39,364 nucleotides of DNA from Streblomastix strix (taxonomy: Eukaryota), in assembly GCA_008636045.1 (NCBI GenBank), contig SNRW01000027.1, positions 1 through 39,364 of the forward strand. Reading direction: 5' to 3'. The notes under the pieces are model-generated. The model ran no database searches. It saw only the letters and a program-made list of their open reading frames with translations, and was not told the DNA's origin. Made by a program: the position numbers and the translations under genes. This document shows, one piece after another, positions 38,260-39,364 of this stretch; the first letter of the stretch is position 1; every line of letters starts with the position of its first letter.

Positions 38260-39267
38260 ATGAGTGATACACAAATTCCTTAACCTTGCGTGAGCTGCAC
38301 AAAATTGTAAGAAGAAAATGCAACTCTAAGACTTCTCCTCGCTGAAAGTAATTTAAAGCTGGGTGGTGCTTTAGCTGAATTGTCTGCAACTTAAGACGTC
38401 ATGCTTTAATATTAACTATCTGCTGAAGAAGTAATTAAGAATTTAAACTTAGAAAAGCAGCTTCTAACACAAAAAGTGCAACAACTTGAAGAGGAAGTTT
38501 CAGAAAATCAACAGAAAATACTACTCGCTCGAGTTTTGAAAGAAGATTCATAGAAATTCAACCCTGAATCCGAGATTTAGAAAGAAAATTCATCTAAAAT
38601 CCTGTATCAGAAACAATAATAATTATAATAGTAATAAGTATAGGAATAACAATACCAAATACAATAACCGCATCGTCCAGTATATGAAATGACTAATCTC
38701 CAAATAGATAATTTGAACCAACAAACTTTGCTTTCATTCCCCGTTTCAACTGAAGAATAAAAGAATCTTAAGAAATCTGATCCAAAAGAACAAGAAATGG
38801 ACACATTTTCAGATGTTTTGTAGGGAAATAACTATTACAGCAAAGTTGACACTGATGATAAAGAAGAAGATTACACCGACTTGGCTCCTCTTCTTCCTCC
38901 TGGATCACCAACAAACTCAGATGATACACCTGTTAGTAATAATAATAGTAATAATTAAAGTAATAATAATAGTATTAATAGATTACCTTCAGCTCCATTC
39001 AGAATTTAAGGAAATTAGAGCTCAATTGCTAAAGATGAACATGGAACGCACTTCGTCAGACCAATAATAATGAAACCGCTTATTGATATTTTATAGGAAG
39101 GATAACCAATATAATTCTAACTCATATTGCCAATAAGCACACCACGTAGTATTTAACAGTACAAAACATCCTACATTCCGATTCGTAATTCATTCCCCAT
39201 TTTACTTCAATTGATGCGTTAGGCGATATTCTTGAAATTGATTCTTCCAACCTTTTCATTGATCTGA
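38260..39267 (+). CDS. Hypothetical 335-aa protein: N-terminal CxxC plus coiled coil, Gln- and Asn-rich low-complexity regions
   Basis: ATG at 38260 after a T-rich tract and AG: MSDTQIPQPCVSCTKLQEENATLRLLLAESNLKL...EKQLLTQKVQQLEEEV. Open to TGA 39265 with TAR=Gln. The 3' end is less certain (window edge). Confidence 0.75.
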
Positions 39268-39364
39268 CAGTAAATGATGATCCTCTCTTCAATATGAACA
39301 CCTATTAAATGTCATAATAATATTTTATATATATAATTCATAATAATACTATTTAAATATATAT

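Noticed and set aside
4377..39067. Standard-code short ORFs from the track (e.g. 8878-9069, 11086-11307, 14039-14239, 33237-33539, 33812-34096, 36879-37121, 38813-39067)
   Set aside because: They are shadow, antisense or out-of-frame pieces of longer TAR=Gln coding regions.

Overview
Very AT-rich eukaryotic DNA with GT-AG introns and a non-standard genetic code: TAA/TAG read as Gln and TGA is the only stop. The supplied standard-code ORF track is therefore fragmentary. The code, introns and TE content fit an oxymonad such as Streblomastix (inference; ciliates and hexamitids share the code). Two intact-looking host genes are present: a 4-exon ~1495-aa SH3/ARM-like protein (10815-15669) and a 335-aa coiled-coil/Gln-rich protein (38260-39267). 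Most of the rest is mobile DNA: (i) a Polinton-like remnant with a protein-primed PolB C-terminal half next to a retroviral-type integrase that is bracketed by its own inverted repeats; (ii) a structurally complete DIRS1-type tyrosine-recombinase retrotransposon (16477-21553) with ITRs, ICR, an att-like end junction and a palindromic-repeat target; (iii) a second, decayed DIRS element whose YR gene is interrupted by a long-TIR MITE; (iv) a hAT transposon with a 120-bp subterminal tandem repeat; plus several pseudogene fragments. All translations and alignments were done by eye, and boundaries of degenerate features are approximate.
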